Shown here: piece by piece, positions 30,960 to 41,326 of the stretch
How positions within the stretch are numbered: position 1 is the first letter of the stretch
Layout of the letters: each line of letters starts with the position of its first letter
The notes under the pieces: generated by a model
Databases searched by the model: none
What the model was told of the DNA's origin: nothing
What the model saw: only the letters and a program-made list of their open reading frames with translations
Source: Arcobacteraceae bacterium
GTDB taxonomy: Bacteria; Campylobacterota; Campylobacteria; Campylobacterales; Arcobacteraceae
DNA: 64,000 nucleotides
Reading direction: 5' to 3'
Assembly (NCBI GenBank): GCA_965224485.1
Contig: CBDCZH010000018.1
Span: 32,001 to 96,000, forward strand
Made by a program: the position numbers and the translations under genes

Positions 30960-33254
30960 TTAGAATTTATATGTAGCAGTTAATTTGAAAGTTCTTTCTT
31001 GGATAGGAGATAATGAAACACTATCTGTATATCCTCCTGTTGTTGCTTTTTTATTAAATAAATTGTAAATATTTAATGATATATTCCACTTATCTAATTG
31101 TGTAGCTATCATTGCATCAGCTAAGGTATAAGATTTAGCTGTAAACTTCTCTAGTCCATAATTTCCAGGGAAAACATGTGCTGGATTTAAGTTATCACCT
31201 TGGTAAGAACTAAGCTCTCCAATATATTTAATACCAGCACCTATCTTAATTTTTCCAAGTTTTGATTTTGAGAAAGTATAATCAGTCCAAAGAGAAGCAG
31301 TTAATTCTGGAACTCTTGATACACTTTTACCTTTTAAGAATGAATAACCAGCTTTTTTATACTCAGAATGTAATTTAGCAAGAGAAAATACAAGATTAAG
31401 ATTTTCTAAAGGGCTAGCTGTAATATTAAGCTCAATACCTTTTACATTTTGTTCGGAATCTTGAATCTTAAAACTTGTATCATTAGGATCTACTTCAACA
31501 GCATCTTCTAAGCTTAAGTCAAAAATAGATAAAGTTGCAAACATATTAATATTTTCTGGTCTATATTTTATTCCTGTTTCAATTTGTTTCCCAGTTGAAG
31601 GTTTAAATGCACTTCCACTCTTTGTTGTTCCAAAGTTTGTTTGAAAAGATGTAGAGTAAGAAACATATGGAGACATTCCATTATCCATTAAATATATTAA
31701 ACCTACACGTCCTGAAATATTATCATCTTTTTGAGTATTCTTAGAACCACTTATTTCATTTTCTATTTTGTCATTTATTTTGTCATATCTTAATGATGTA
31801 GATAAAACATACTTAGAATTTATTTTCATATTATTAGAAGCATACAAGCCCAGTTGTGTAATATCTTGATTCTCTTTTGTACTTAATAAATTTGTTCTTG
31901 TAATTTTTTGATGTGGATTTGGATTTTTTAAATTATATACATATGCCACAGGTTTTGTTCTTTGTTTTTTACCCTTAGATTTTTGTATATCTAATCCAAA
32001 AATAGAAGAGTTTTCAATATTTTTACTTCCCCAATTATATTGTAAGTTATTATCTAAAATAATACTTTTTATTTCTGATTCTGATTCTATAAATGACATT
32101 GGAAACTTTGATAAGTCTGCTGTAAATAGTGGACCTGTTGGTGTAAGCATACCAGCTGAATCAGGCTGTGAAAAATATGTATTTGCACTTATTTTGTTGA
32201 ATCTTATTGAAGATGTAAGATTTAAGTTGGTATTTATCTCTTTATTTAATGTTGCAGTAATACTTGTTTGCTTTTTTTCAAATAACTCATAATCTGCTAA
32301 ACCTATAAACATATTATCTTTTAAATAAATATCATTTAGTTCTTTAGCACTTTTAGTTAAAGCAGCTTTATTAAGAAAACCACCTGCTATAGTATTAAGA
32401 GCATCAAAGTTTTTAAGAACACTATTTTGATATACAAGATTTGCAGGAGCTCCTGAATAGCCTAAACCTAAAGAATCTATTGAATGTTTTGCAAAACTTG
32501 CTGATACATCTAAACTTGTATTATCATCAATTAGGTATTTTACTGTAGGGTTAAGAAAATATGAGTCAGTTGATGATTCATCTAATTGTGCATCTGCTTT
32601 TGAATAATCAGCCGTAACTCTAACAAAAAGATTTTCATTGATTTTACGATTAATATCAGTAAATACAGATTTTGATTGATTAGAACCATAAGAAATACCT
32701 ACTTCGGCACTATTTGTAGTATTTGCTTTTTTACTTTGTAAGTTTAATAATCCACCAGGACCACTATCACCATATAAAACTGAAGAAGGTCCTTTCAAAA
32801 TTTCAATTCTCTCTAAGGCATATGGAAAAACAAATGGCATTGCTGCACCATAAGGAACTTGTTTTAATCCATCTAAAAAAGTAGAATTATAAATTAAATC
32901 TAAACCTCTTATTTTTCCATAATTAGTTCTTAAATCCATAAGTCCTGAGGGAAATGATACAGAAGAATCATAAGCTATAAGACTTTGTACACTTGCTTCA
33001 TTTTTAATGCTTATCATGTCATTTGTAATAACAGAAACACTTTGTGGTATTTCTGCAATATCAATATCCATTTTAGAGCCTGTTGAACTTTTTGTTGCAA
33101 CATAACCTTTTAATTCTCCATAAGCACTTTGTCCAGTAGAGCTAACTTCGTGAGTAATATCAGATGTTTTACTTTGAGCAAATGCAATATTAGCTGTGCA
33201 AATACTAATCATAGATGTCAGTACGAATCTATTTAATGTTTTTAAATTCATCAA
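30960..33254 (-). CDS. TonB-dependent siderophore receptor, FhuA/FoxA-like
   Basis: EIPQSVSVIT, LERIEILKGPSSVLYG, GKQIETG, NLFNK, terminal F. Confidence 0.93.
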   Translation of the reverse strand: MMNLKTLNRFVLTSMISICTANIAFAQSKTSDITHEVSSTGQSAYGELKGYVATKSSTGSKMDIDIAEIPQSVSVITNDMISIKNEASVQSLIAYDSSVSFPSGLMDLRTNYGKIRGLDLIYNSTFLDGLKQVPYGAAMPFVFPYALERIEILKGPSSVLYGDSGPGGLLNLQSKKANTTNSAEVGISYGSNQSKSVFTDINRKINENLFVRVTADYSKADAQLDESSTDSYFLNPTVKYLIDDNTSLDVSASFAKHSIDSLGLGYSGAPANLVYQNSVLKNFDALNTIAGGFLNKAALTKSAKELNDIYLKDNMFIGLADYELFEKKQTSITATLNKEINTNLNLTSSIRFNKISANTYFSQPDSAGMLTPTGPLFTADLSKFPMSFIESESEIKSIILDNNLQYNWGSKNIENSSIFGLDIQKSKGKKQRTKPVAYVYNLKNPNPHQKITRTNLLSTKENQDITQLGLYASNNMKINSKYVLSTSLRYDKINDKIENEISGSKNTQKDDNISGRVGLIYLMDNGMSPYVSYSTSFQTNFGTTKSGSAFKPSTGKQIETGIKYRPENINMFATLSIFDLSLEDAVEVDPNDTSFKIQDSEQNVKGIELNITASPLENLNLVFSLAKLHSEYKKAGYSFLKGKSVSRVPELTASLWTDYTFSKSKLGKIKIGAGIKYIGELSSYQGDNLNPAHVFPGNYGLEKFTAKSYTLADAMIATQLDKWNISLNIYNLFNKKATTGGYTDSVSLSPIQERTFKLTATYKF

Positions 33255-33273
33255 AATTTCCTTTTTAATATTT

Positions 33274-33432
33274 TGAGAATGATAATCGATTTTACTTTAC
33301 CTTTAACTTTTTTTTATATCAATCAAGACAAGCAGAATAAAAAAAAGTATTTGAATAGGGCGTATATAAGCATTTTTAAATATTAAAATAAAATCAATAT
33401 GTATAAGGCTATTGTACTAATAATCATTATTA
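33274..33432. promoter_or_regulatory. Fur-like boxes upstream of the receptor
   Basis: TGAGAATGATAATCG at 33274; TAATAAT-C-ATTATTA at 33418. Confidence 0.65.
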
Positions 33433-33552
33433 AAGACTAAAGAGGCAAAATCAACTTTTTTCTAACTTTCTAATCAAGAGCTTAAATATTATAAAAGCCT
33501 TCATATATAAACTTTTAGATATAATGGCAAAAAATTAATGTGAAAGTATGAA

Positions 33553-34800
33553 ATGATTGATATAAAATTATTGCAAAAAGATTTTGAGCTAGTATCAAGT
33601 GCCCTTATTAGAAAAGGGGTTGATGTTTTACTATTAGATGAGCTAAAAGAATTAACATTAAAAGCAAAAGAAAAAAGAGCTTTAATGGAAAACATTACAG
33701 CAAAACAAAATAAATTATCAAAAGAGTTTGGAAGATATAAAAAAGAGGGTTTAGATATAAAACCTTTACAAGAAGAAATTTCTAAGTGCAAGAGCGAAAA
33801 ACTAACATTTGAAGATGAGGTAAAAGTTTTAGAAGAAAAACTTACTTCAATTGTTTTAGGAATCCCAAATATGCCTGATGATTGTGTTCCTAATGGCGCT
33901 GATGAAAATGAAAATGTTTTAATTGAAACAATAGGTGAGAAACCAAGTTTTTCTTTTGAACCTAAAGAACACTGGGACTTAGGTGAAAAAGATGGAACAT
34001 TAGACTTTAAACGTGGGGTTAAACTAGCTAAATCAAGATTTGTAGCGATGAGTGGAATTGCTGCAAAACTAGAGAGAGCTTTAATAAACTATATGCTTGA
34101 TTTTAATACAAAGAGAGGTTTTAATGAGTGGTATGTACCTTTTTTAGCAAATACTAAAACACTAGAAGGAACAGGGCAATTACCTAAATTTGAAGATGAT
34201 TTATTTAAAATTGAAGGCGAGGATTTATATCTTATTCCAACTGCTGAGGTAGTTTTAACTAACCTTTATAATGATGAGATTTTAAGCAAAGAAGACTTGC
34301 CTTTACTTTTAACTTCATATACTCCTTGTTTTAGAAAAGAAGCAGGATCTGCTGGACGTGATACTAGAGGATTAATTAGACAGCATCAATTTGATAAGGT
34401 TGAAATGGTTGCAATTACAAGCCCTTCTCAAAGTGAAGAAGTATTTGAAAAAATGGTTGCTTGTGCTAGTGATTTATTAAGCTCACTTGGACTTTCTCAT
34501 CAAAAAATGCAATTATGTACTGGTGATTTAGGTTTTAGCGCTGCTACCACCATTGATTTAGAAGTATGGCTACCAGGACAAAATAAATATAGAGAGATTT
34601 CATCAATTTCAAATACACGTGAGTTTCAAAGTAGACGAGCAAAAATAAGATATAAAGATGGTAAAAAGAATATTTTAACACATACTTTAAATGGTTCAAG
34701 TTTAGCAGTAGGACGAACTTTAGTGGCAATTTATGAAAATTACCAAAATGAAGATGGAACAATAAGTATTCCAGAAGTTCTAAAGCCTTATATGGGATAA
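33553..34800 (+). CDS. serS: Serine--tRNA ligase
   Basis: [34 protein letters not shown]. Confidence 0.97.
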   Translation: MIDIKLLQKDFELVSSALIRKGVDVLLLDELKELTLKAKEKRALMENITAKQNKLSKEFGRYKKEGLDIKPLQEEISKCKSEKLTFEDEVKVLEEKLTSIVLGIPNMPDDCVPNGADENENVLIETIGEKPSFSFEPKEHWDLGEKDGTLDFKRGVKLAKSRFVAMSGIAAKLERALINYMLDFNTKRGFNEWYVPFLANTKTLEGTGQLPKFEDDLFKIEGEDLYLIPTAEVVLTNLYNDEILSKEDLPLLLTSYTPCFRKEAGSAGRDTRGLIRQHQFDKVEMVAITSPSQSEEVFEKMVACASDLLSSLGLSHQKMQLCTGDLGFSAATTIDLEVWLPGQNKYREISSISNTREFQSRRAKIRYKDGKKNILTHTLNGSSLAVGRTLVAIYENYQNEDGTISIPEVLKPYMG

Positions 34801-34822
34801 TCAGCTTGAAAGAGCTGATTAT
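34797..34822 (+). terminator. Hairpin after serS
   Basis: ATAATCAGCT-TGAAAG-AGCTGATTAT. Confidence 0.5.
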
Positions 34823-34862
34823 AATAAACGATTTTTTATAAAAGTCGTAAAATTTTAACACA

Positions 34863-35558
34863 TTGAGTAATATGATAAAAAAAATACTAAAAATCTTTCT
34901 TGTACTTATCTTTTTTCTAGTAAAAAAAATATTTGTTAGAGAAAATAGAGTGCCGCATAAAATTATGGATAGTTTAGCTAATAACTTACATGCTATTTTT
35001 ATATTTACATCTTTTCCTATACTTTATACATCATTGTTTAGTATTAAAATAAATGAGTTTGATGTTAATACTATCTTATATATAATTTTATTTTTGCAGT
35101 TTGTTTTGATTATTAGATATTTTAATCCAGAAATGCTAAAAGAAAAAAAACTACAATCTAAAATTATTAGACAAATAAAAAAAGTATCATTATTTATATT
35201 TATTGCTAACTGGGTATTTGTTTCTTTTCTTTTTGCCTTAGCTTTTAGTATTATGTTCTTTATAAATTATTCTTTCTATGTTTTTATTCTAAACCAAATT
35301 AAGAAACAAAAAGAACAAGAAGAGTTTAGAAAACAGTTTGGAGAAGGTACTTATTCCAAACAAGATATAACAAAAACACATATAATAAATTTATTTGAAG
35401 TAAATATTGATGTTAAAAAACTAACAAGAAGTGATGTTAAAAAACAGTATAGGTTAATGGCAAAAAAATATCACCCCGATGTTTATAAGGGAAATGAAAA
35501 AGATAAATTTACATCTATTAACAAATCTTATAATTTTTTACTTGATTTCTTTAAATAA
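34863..35558 (+). CDS. Membrane protein with C-terminal DnaJ (J) domain
   Basis: TM segments, then KKQYRLMAKKYHPD. Confidence 0.82.
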   Translation: MSNMIKKILKIFLVLIFFLVKKIFVRENRVPHKIMDSLANNLHAIFIFTSFPILYTSLFSIKINEFDVNTILYIILFLQFVLIIRYFNPEMLKEKKLQSKIIRQIKKVSLFIFIANWVFVSFLFALAFSIMFFINYSFYVFILNQIKKQKEQEEFRKQFGEGTYSKQDITKTHIINLFEVNIDVKKLTRSDVKKQYRLMAKKYHPDVYKGNEKDKFTSINKSYNFLLDFFK

Positions 35559-35562
35559 GAAC

Positions 35563-37548
35563 TTATATTAGTTTTTCTGGTTTACCAAAATAATATCCTT
35601 GAGAATAATCAATTCCCATTTTGGTTAAAATATTGTAAATATTTTCATTTTCAACGTATTCAGCAACTGTTTTTATATTTTGTTTTTTCGCAAAAGTTAC
35701 AATAGTTTCTACTATATTTCTTGAAAATTTATTAGTTTCAATATTTTTAATTAAAGAACCATCAATTTTTAAAATATCAGGAGAATAATCTAAAAGTCTT
35801 TCAAAATTAGAGTACCCACTGCCAAAGTCATCTATAGCAATCTGTACATTACCTATTCTTTTTGCTTCTTGAATAAAATCTTTTACAGTTTGAAAATCTT
35901 TTATATTTTCATCTTCTAATAATTCAAAAGTAACTCTATTGTTGTATTTAGGAACTGCAACTAAGTCTAATAATATTTCTCTTATTTCTATATTTTCAAT
36001 ATCCAAAATAGATAAATTTATACTCACATTATGTTTTATATGATCTAAAACATTAAAAGTACTCTCAATTACTCTTTTTGTGATTTTTGTATAATATGTA
36101 CCTTTTTTAGAAATATCTAAGAAAGCATAAGGTGAAATAATTTCTTCTTTTTCATTGATTAGTCTAACTAAAGACTCATATTTTATAATTTCTTTAGTTT
36201 TATTATCAATAATAGGTTGAAAATATGAGATAATTTTTTTATTATCTAGGGCTTTTTTAACCATACGAATAGTTTCTATATTTTTTTGTGCTATTTTTTG
36301 GGATTCATCTATTAAATTATTTGCAAGTATTAAATTTAAATGACTTTTTATAGCCTTTTCAAGACCATATTTTGCATTTTCAAAGAGGTTATCTTTTCCA
36401 TAACAATAACTTACAACAATTGAAGCATCATATTCAATATTTTTAAATCGGATACTTGCATGTTTTGCTGCCAAAATTAGTTTTTCTAAGTCTTCTTTTA
36501 TATTAATATTGTTCTTTTTTATATTATCTAAATCTTCTCTTAGTGCAAATCTTCCATCACCTAATCTATATATTTTCATAAAGACACTATCTTTTGGTAA
36601 TAAACTCAAAATTGTTTCAGAGAACTTACTTTCAATTTCATCAATAGTTTTTGAATTATAAAACTTATCTAAAATATCAAAATTATCAATTTGAATAATA
36701 GCTAAGAATGATTCATTCCTATTCTCTAAGGCTGCAAGTAATTGTTTTTTATCACTCATAACTGCACTTATATCATTTCTTAAAGCCATAAATTCTAAAA
36801 TATTTCCATCTTGGTCTAAAATAGGTTTAACTGTTGATTTTACATAATAAGTTTTGCCATCTTTTGACAGGTTTTTAATAATTCCCTGCCAAGACTCTTT
36901 TTTGATTTTAATTATATTCCAAAGATTTGAAAAGACTTCTTTTTTGGTATCAGGATGTCTTACAATATTATGGGATTGTCCAATTAATTCTTCTTTTGTA
37001 TATCCAGAGATTGAACAAAATTTATCATTTACATAAGTAATAATTCCATTTGCATCAGTTTTAGAAATTATTGAACTTTTATTAGTTATTTCTTGATACT
37101 GTTTTAATAAGTGAATATTTTTTTCGTTTTCTTTTTTGGAAAGTATATTTTTCACTACTTTTTTTATAGTATTTAAAAATTGCTCATGATTTAGTGGTTT
37201 TAGAATAAAACCATCAATTCCTAATAAAATAGCTTTAAATATATATTCTTGATTGCTATAAGCAGAAAGTATTATTTTTTGAACATCATAATTTTGTTTA
37301 CTGATTTCTTCAATAAGTTCAATACCATTCATTAAAGGCATATTAATATCAGTTATAAGTAAATCTATTTTATTGTTTTTTAATAGCTCTAAAGCTTCAA
37401 TTCCATTTGAACAAACATGAATATTTTTAAAAAATAAATTTAATAATTTTACTGTACCTTTTTGAGTATTTATATTATCTTCTACGAAAAGCACATTTAT
37501 CGGCGCGGTAAGTGTTATTATTTGGTCATGATTTAATTCAGTAAACAT
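35563..37548 (-). CDS. REC-PAS-GGDEF(degenerate)-EAL protein
   Basis: VED/TDINMP receiver, PAS YVNDKF...HNIVRHP, GDGRF, ESLVR, DDFGSGYS. Confidence 0.92.
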   Translation of the reverse strand: MFTELNHDQIITLTAPINVLFVEDNINTQKGTVKLLNLFFKNIHVCSNGIEALELLKNNKIDLLITDINMPLMNGIELIEEISKQNYDVQKIILSAYSNQEYIFKAILLGIDGFILKPLNHEQFLNTIKKVVKNILSKKENEKNIHLLKQYQEITNKSSIISKTDANGIITYVNDKFCSISGYTKEELIGQSHNIVRHPDTKKEVFSNLWNIIKIKKESWQGIIKNLSKDGKTYYVKSTVKPILDQDGNILEFMALRNDISAVMSDKKQLLAALENRNESFLAIIQIDNFDILDKFYNSKTIDEIESKFSETILSLLPKDSVFMKIYRLGDGRFALREDLDNIKKNNINIKEDLEKLILAAKHASIRFKNIEYDASIVVSYCYGKDNLFENAKYGLEKAIKSHLNLILANNLIDESQKIAQKNIETIRMVKKALDNKKIISYFQPIIDNKTKEIIKYESLVRLINEKEEIISPYAFLDISKKGTYYTKITKRVIESTFNVLDHIKHNVSINLSILDIENIEIREILLDLVAVPKYNNRVTFELLEDENIKDFQTVKDFIQEAKRIGNVQIAIDDFGSGYSNFERLLDYSPDILKIDGSLIKNIETNKFSRNIVETIVTFAKKQNIKTVAEYVENENIYNILTKMGIDYSQGYYFGKPEKLI

Positions 37549-37642
37549 AAATTTTCTTTAGTAATAATTTTTTGAAAGTATATCATAAGTTTTGGAATTT
37601 TATATATTTCTTTATTAGATGTTTAGCTAGCTTATGTTAAGA

Positions 37643-37657
37643 TGATAACGATTATTA
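37643..37657. promoter_or_regulatory. Fur-like box upstream of FTR1
   Basis: TGATAAC-G-ATTATTA. Confidence 0.65.
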
Positions 37658-37669
37658 TAAAGGATATTG

Positions 37670-38488
37670 ATGTTAGCTAGTTTTTTAATTACATTTAGAG
37701 AAGGATTAGAAGCTTTTTTGATTGTTGGAATTATTTTGTCTTATTTAGGAAAATTACAAGCAACAAGATTTAATAAATATATATATTTAGGTGTATTTAT
37801 GGGAATCTTTATTTCATTGCTTATTGCATATATTTTTCAAGTTGTTATTTACGGTATGGATAATGAAGTTTATCAACACTATTTGATGATAGGTATTTTA
37901 CTTTTTGCTACTATTGTTTTATCCTATATGGTAGTTTGGATGGCAAATCAGTCAAAACAAATAAAAGGCGAGATTGAAGAAAACTTAAGAAATCTAGTTA
38001 GTGCTGGAAATATTGCGGGAATGGTTTTTTTAGCTTTTTTAGCAGTTCTAAGAGAAGGTTTTGAAACTGTATTATTTTTCTCATCATTAAGTATAAGTGA
38101 AGATATTTCATTGCAAGATGGATTTATAGGGGCTTGCTTAGGTCTTGTTGTCTCTTTAATTCTAGTATATGCTTTAATGAAAGGTGCTAGAAATATTCCT
38201 TTAAGTGCATTTTTTAAATATACTGGACTTTTAATTCTTATAATTGCAGGAGGACTATTTGGTTCTGCTGTTTCTATGATGCAAGCTAGTGAACTCTTAC
38301 CTACATATATTCCTATGATATATGATATCTCTGCACTTCTAGATGACAGAGGTTTATTTGGAACATTCTTAAGAGCTTTATTTGGTTATAACTCTTCTCC
38401 AACATTTTTACATTTTCTTTCATGGTTTTTATTCATGTTAGTTGCAATATCTTTATGGAAAAAGACTTACTCATATGCAAAAAAGTGA
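37670..38488 (+). CDS. FTR1/EfeU-family iron permease
   Basis: Two RExxE motifs (REGLE, REGFE); ~7 TM; LFGY. Confidence 0.93.
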   Translation: MLASFLITFREGLEAFLIVGIILSYLGKLQATRFNKYIYLGVFMGIFISLLIAYIFQVVIYGMDNEVYQHYLMIGILLFATIVLSYMVVWMANQSKQIKGEIEENLRNLVSAGNIAGMVFLAFLAVLREGFETVLFFSSLSISEDISLQDGFIGACLGLVVSLILVYALMKGARNIPLSAFFKYTGLLILIIAGGLFGSAVSMMQASELLPTYIPMIYDISALLDDRGLFGTFLRALFGYNSSPTFLHFLSWFLFMLVAISLWKKTYSYAKK

Positions 38489-39869
38489 TGTATTAATTAT
38501 AGGCGGTGGTGTTTCTGGTTTAATTGCAGCAATTGAATTAGCTAAGCATAACAAGAGTGTGATTCTTCTAGAAAAAGAAGATGTAGTAGGAGGACAGTGT
38601 AAAACTGAAGTTCTAAAAATCAAAGATGAAGAGTATAGATTTGATTATGGTGGACATAGGTTTATTACAAATAATGAAGCTTTATTAGATTTTGTAGAAG
38701 ATATTTTAGGCGATGATTTATTAATAGCCCAAAGATCTTCTGTTATTTTACATAAAAGTAAGATGTATGAATATCCTTTAAATTTAAAAAACTTATTAAG
38801 AGTTGCTCCTTTTAAACTTCTATTTGGAGCTTTTATTGATACTTTGAAAATTATTACTAAAATTACTAAAACAGATAATAGCAATTTTAAAACGTGGATT
38901 TCTTCACGTTTTGGTAAAACTTTATATGATAATTTTTTTGGACCATATACAAAAAAACTTTGGGGAATTGAGCCTGAAAAACTTAGTGCTGATTGGGCAG
39001 GGCAAAGAATTTCTTTACTTGATTTAAAAGATGTAGCAAAAAAGCTACTTTTCCCTTCTAAAAAAACTGCAAGAACATATGCAAAATCATATAGATATCC
39101 AAGATATGGTTTTGGTGGTCTTCCTTTAAAAATGGCTAAAAAGTTTGAAGATCTTGGCGGAAAGATTATTACAAATGCAGAAGTTCTATCTTTTTCTTAT
39201 ACTGGTAATAAAATCACTTCTATTAAAACTAAAAATGATGAGTTTCAAGCTAGTGAAATAATATCTACAATGCCTTTAAATGAAATGTCTTTAAAATTAG
39301 GTTTTGATTCAAAATTGAAATTTAGATCTTTAAGATTTTTATGTTTAGGTCTAGATTTAGAAGATTTTTCGCCTCATACTTGGCAATATGTTAGTGATTT
39401 TGAATTATTACCAACTAGAATTCAAGAACCTAAGCGACGGTCACCTTCAATGTCCCCTAAGGGCAAAAGTTCAATTATGTTAGAAATTCCTTGTAATGTA
39501 AATGATAATATTTGGAATATGAGTGAAGAAAAACTTTTAGAAATAGTTAAAAAAGATTTAAAAAAGTTAAAATTTGATATAGAAGAGCATATTATTGATT
39601 ATTTTTCATTTACAACAGAACATGCGTATACCTTAATGGATGTTGATTATAATCTTAATAGAGATAAAACAATTGAATATTTAGCTAAGTTTGATAACTT
39701 ATTAATGGCTGGACGTCAAGGAACATTTAGATATATATTTTTAGATACAGCTATGGAAACAGGTTTAATGGCGGCTCAAAAGTTGCTAAATCATAAAAAT
39801 ATTACTAAAGAAGATATTTATAATCATAGAAATGAGAAGACAGTAATCGAGACAAAAAGTATAATATAA
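38475..39869 (+). CDS. FAD-dependent oxidoreductase (protoporphyrinogen oxidase/UDP-galactopyranose mutase-like fold)
   Basis: IIGGGVSG, FDYGGHRF, GRQGTFRY; ATG 38475 overlaps FTR1. Confidence 0.82.
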   Translation: MQKSDVLIIGGGVSGLIAAIELAKHNKSVILLEKEDVVGGQCKTEVLKIKDEEYRFDYGGHRFITNNEALLDFVEDILGDDLLIAQRSSVILHKSKMYEYPLNLKNLLRVAPFKLLFGAFIDTLKIITKITKTDNSNFKTWISSRFGKTLYDNFFGPYTKKLWGIEPEKLSADWAGQRISLLDLKDVAKKLLFPSKKTARTYAKSYRYPRYGFGGLPLKMAKKFEDLGGKIITNAEVLSFSYTGNKITSIKTKNDEFQASEIISTMPLNEMSLKLGFDSKLKFRSLRFLCLGLDLEDFSPHTWQYVSDFELLPTRIQEPKRRSPSMSPKGKSSIMLEIPCNVNDNIWNMSEEKLLEIVKKDLKKLKFDIEEHIIDYFSFTTEHAYTLMDVDYNLNRDKTIEYLAKFDNLLMAGRQGTFRYIFLDTAMETGLMAAQKLLNHKNITKEDIYNHRNEKTVIETKSII

Positions 39870-39907
39870 ATTTCTTTTTCTCTTTATATTTAAGATTATT
39901 TCCATAT

Positions 39908-39922
39908 CAATAATCATTATTA
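39908..39922. promoter_or_regulatory. Fur-like box upstream of the imelysin operon
   Basis: CAATAAT-C-ATTATTA. Confidence 0.6.
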
Positions 39923-39997
39923 TTATAAGTTTTACTTAAGATTTTTTATGGTACATTTATGTCATTAAAAGTCACGATAAATTAAAAGGATATATAA

Positions 39998-41323
39998 ATG
40001 AAGAAAACAAGATTAGTAGCCGCTGGTTTAAGTATAGCAGCAGCGTTAGTATTTTCAGGTTGTGTAACAAATAATATGGATGTTAGTAAAATGCAAGAGA
40101 ATAATATGCTTCAAGCATATTCATCAATTGCAGCTAAAAATTATGCAGATACATTAAAAGATGCTATTGCATTAAGATTTCAACTTGATATTTTTGCAAC
40201 TAATCCAAGTGCAGCTAATTTAGCAGCAGCTAAAAATGCTTGGTTACAAGCAAGAGAATCTTATGGTCAAACTGAAATTTTTAGACTTTCAAATGGTCCT
40301 ATTGATGCTGAAGAAGGTTGGGTTGCTGATACTTATGGTTCTTTAGAAGGGCAGTTAAACGCTTGGCCTTTAGATGAAAACATGATTGATTATACAACTG
40401 ATGCAAACGGGAAAAAAACTTCTGGTAATATTATTGATACAAAAGGTGAGTTTAACCCAGGTGGTGAAGATTCACAAGCTGTAAATGTTAAAAAAATTAC
40501 TGTTAAAGCAATTACTGCATTAAACGAAAATGGTGGAGATGCAAATGTTGCAACTGGTTATCATGCAATTGAGTTCTTATTATGGGGACAAGATCAAGAT
40601 TACACTAACTTTGTAAAAAATTCTTTTAACAAGGGTGATTTACAAGCTGGTCAGAGACCATTAAGTGACTTTACTACTGATAAGAATGCAAAAAGAAGAT
40701 TAGCTTATTTAAAAGCTGCATCTGCTAAAATAGTAAGTGATATTGCTACTGTTTCTTCTGCTTGGTCAGGCGACTCTATGTATTCAAAAGCATTAAATTC
40801 ACAATTAAGTGGTGATAATGCTTCTAAAAATATTGATAGAAAAACTGCATTAACTCAAATCTTTGCAGGTATGGGTGTATTTGTTAAGTCTGAATTAGCA
40901 AATGAAAGAATTGCGGTTGCTGTATTAACTCCTTCTGAAGAAGATGAGCATTCTTGCTTCTCTGATAATACTCATAGAGATATTGCTTTAAACTACCAAG
41001 GATTTAAAAATATTCTTTTAAGTACTTATAATGGTGTAGATTTTGGAAAAGCTCCTATTGATGCTTTAGATGCTGATGCTAAAATGAGAGTTATGGATTT
41101 AATGACTTCAATTGAAACTAAAATTGCATCAATTAATACTATTGCGCAAAACAATAGACACTTTGATAGACAAATCAGACCAAATGATCCTCAAGCTAAA
41201 GTTATTGTAAAACTTAAAAATGAGTTAAGAAAACTTGGCGATGAAATGGTTAATGTTGCACATGCTAATGGAATTAGCTTATCAGTTGAAGATGTAACTG
41301 ATGCAGAAGAAACTAAATTTTAA
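39998..41323 (+). CDS. Imelysin-family iron-regulated lipoprotein (IrpA/IcmP-like)
   Basis: Lipobox FSGC, NAWPLDE, GYHAIEFLLWGQD, EDEHSCFSDNT. Confidence 0.92.
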   Translation: MKKTRLVAAGLSIAAALVFSGCVTNNMDVSKMQENNMLQAYSSIAAKNYADTLKDAIALRFQLDIFATNPSAANLAAAKNAWLQARESYGQTEIFRLSNGPIDAEEGWVADTYGSLEGQLNAWPLDENMIDYTTDANGKKTSGNIIDTKGEFNPGGEDSQAVNVKKITVKAITALNENGGDANVATGYHAIEFLLWGQDQDYTNFVKNSFNKGDLQAGQRPLSDFTTDKNAKRRLAYLKAASAKIVSDIATVSSAWSGDSMYSKALNSQLSGDNASKNIDRKTALTQIFAGMGVFVKSELANERIAVAVLTPSEEDEHSCFSDNTHRDIALNYQGFKNILLSTYNGVDFGKAPIDALDADAKMRVMDLMTSIETKIASINTIAQNNRHFDRQIRPNDPQAKVIVKLKNELRKLGDEMVNVAHANGISLSVEDVTDAEETKF

Positions 41324-41326
41324 TAA

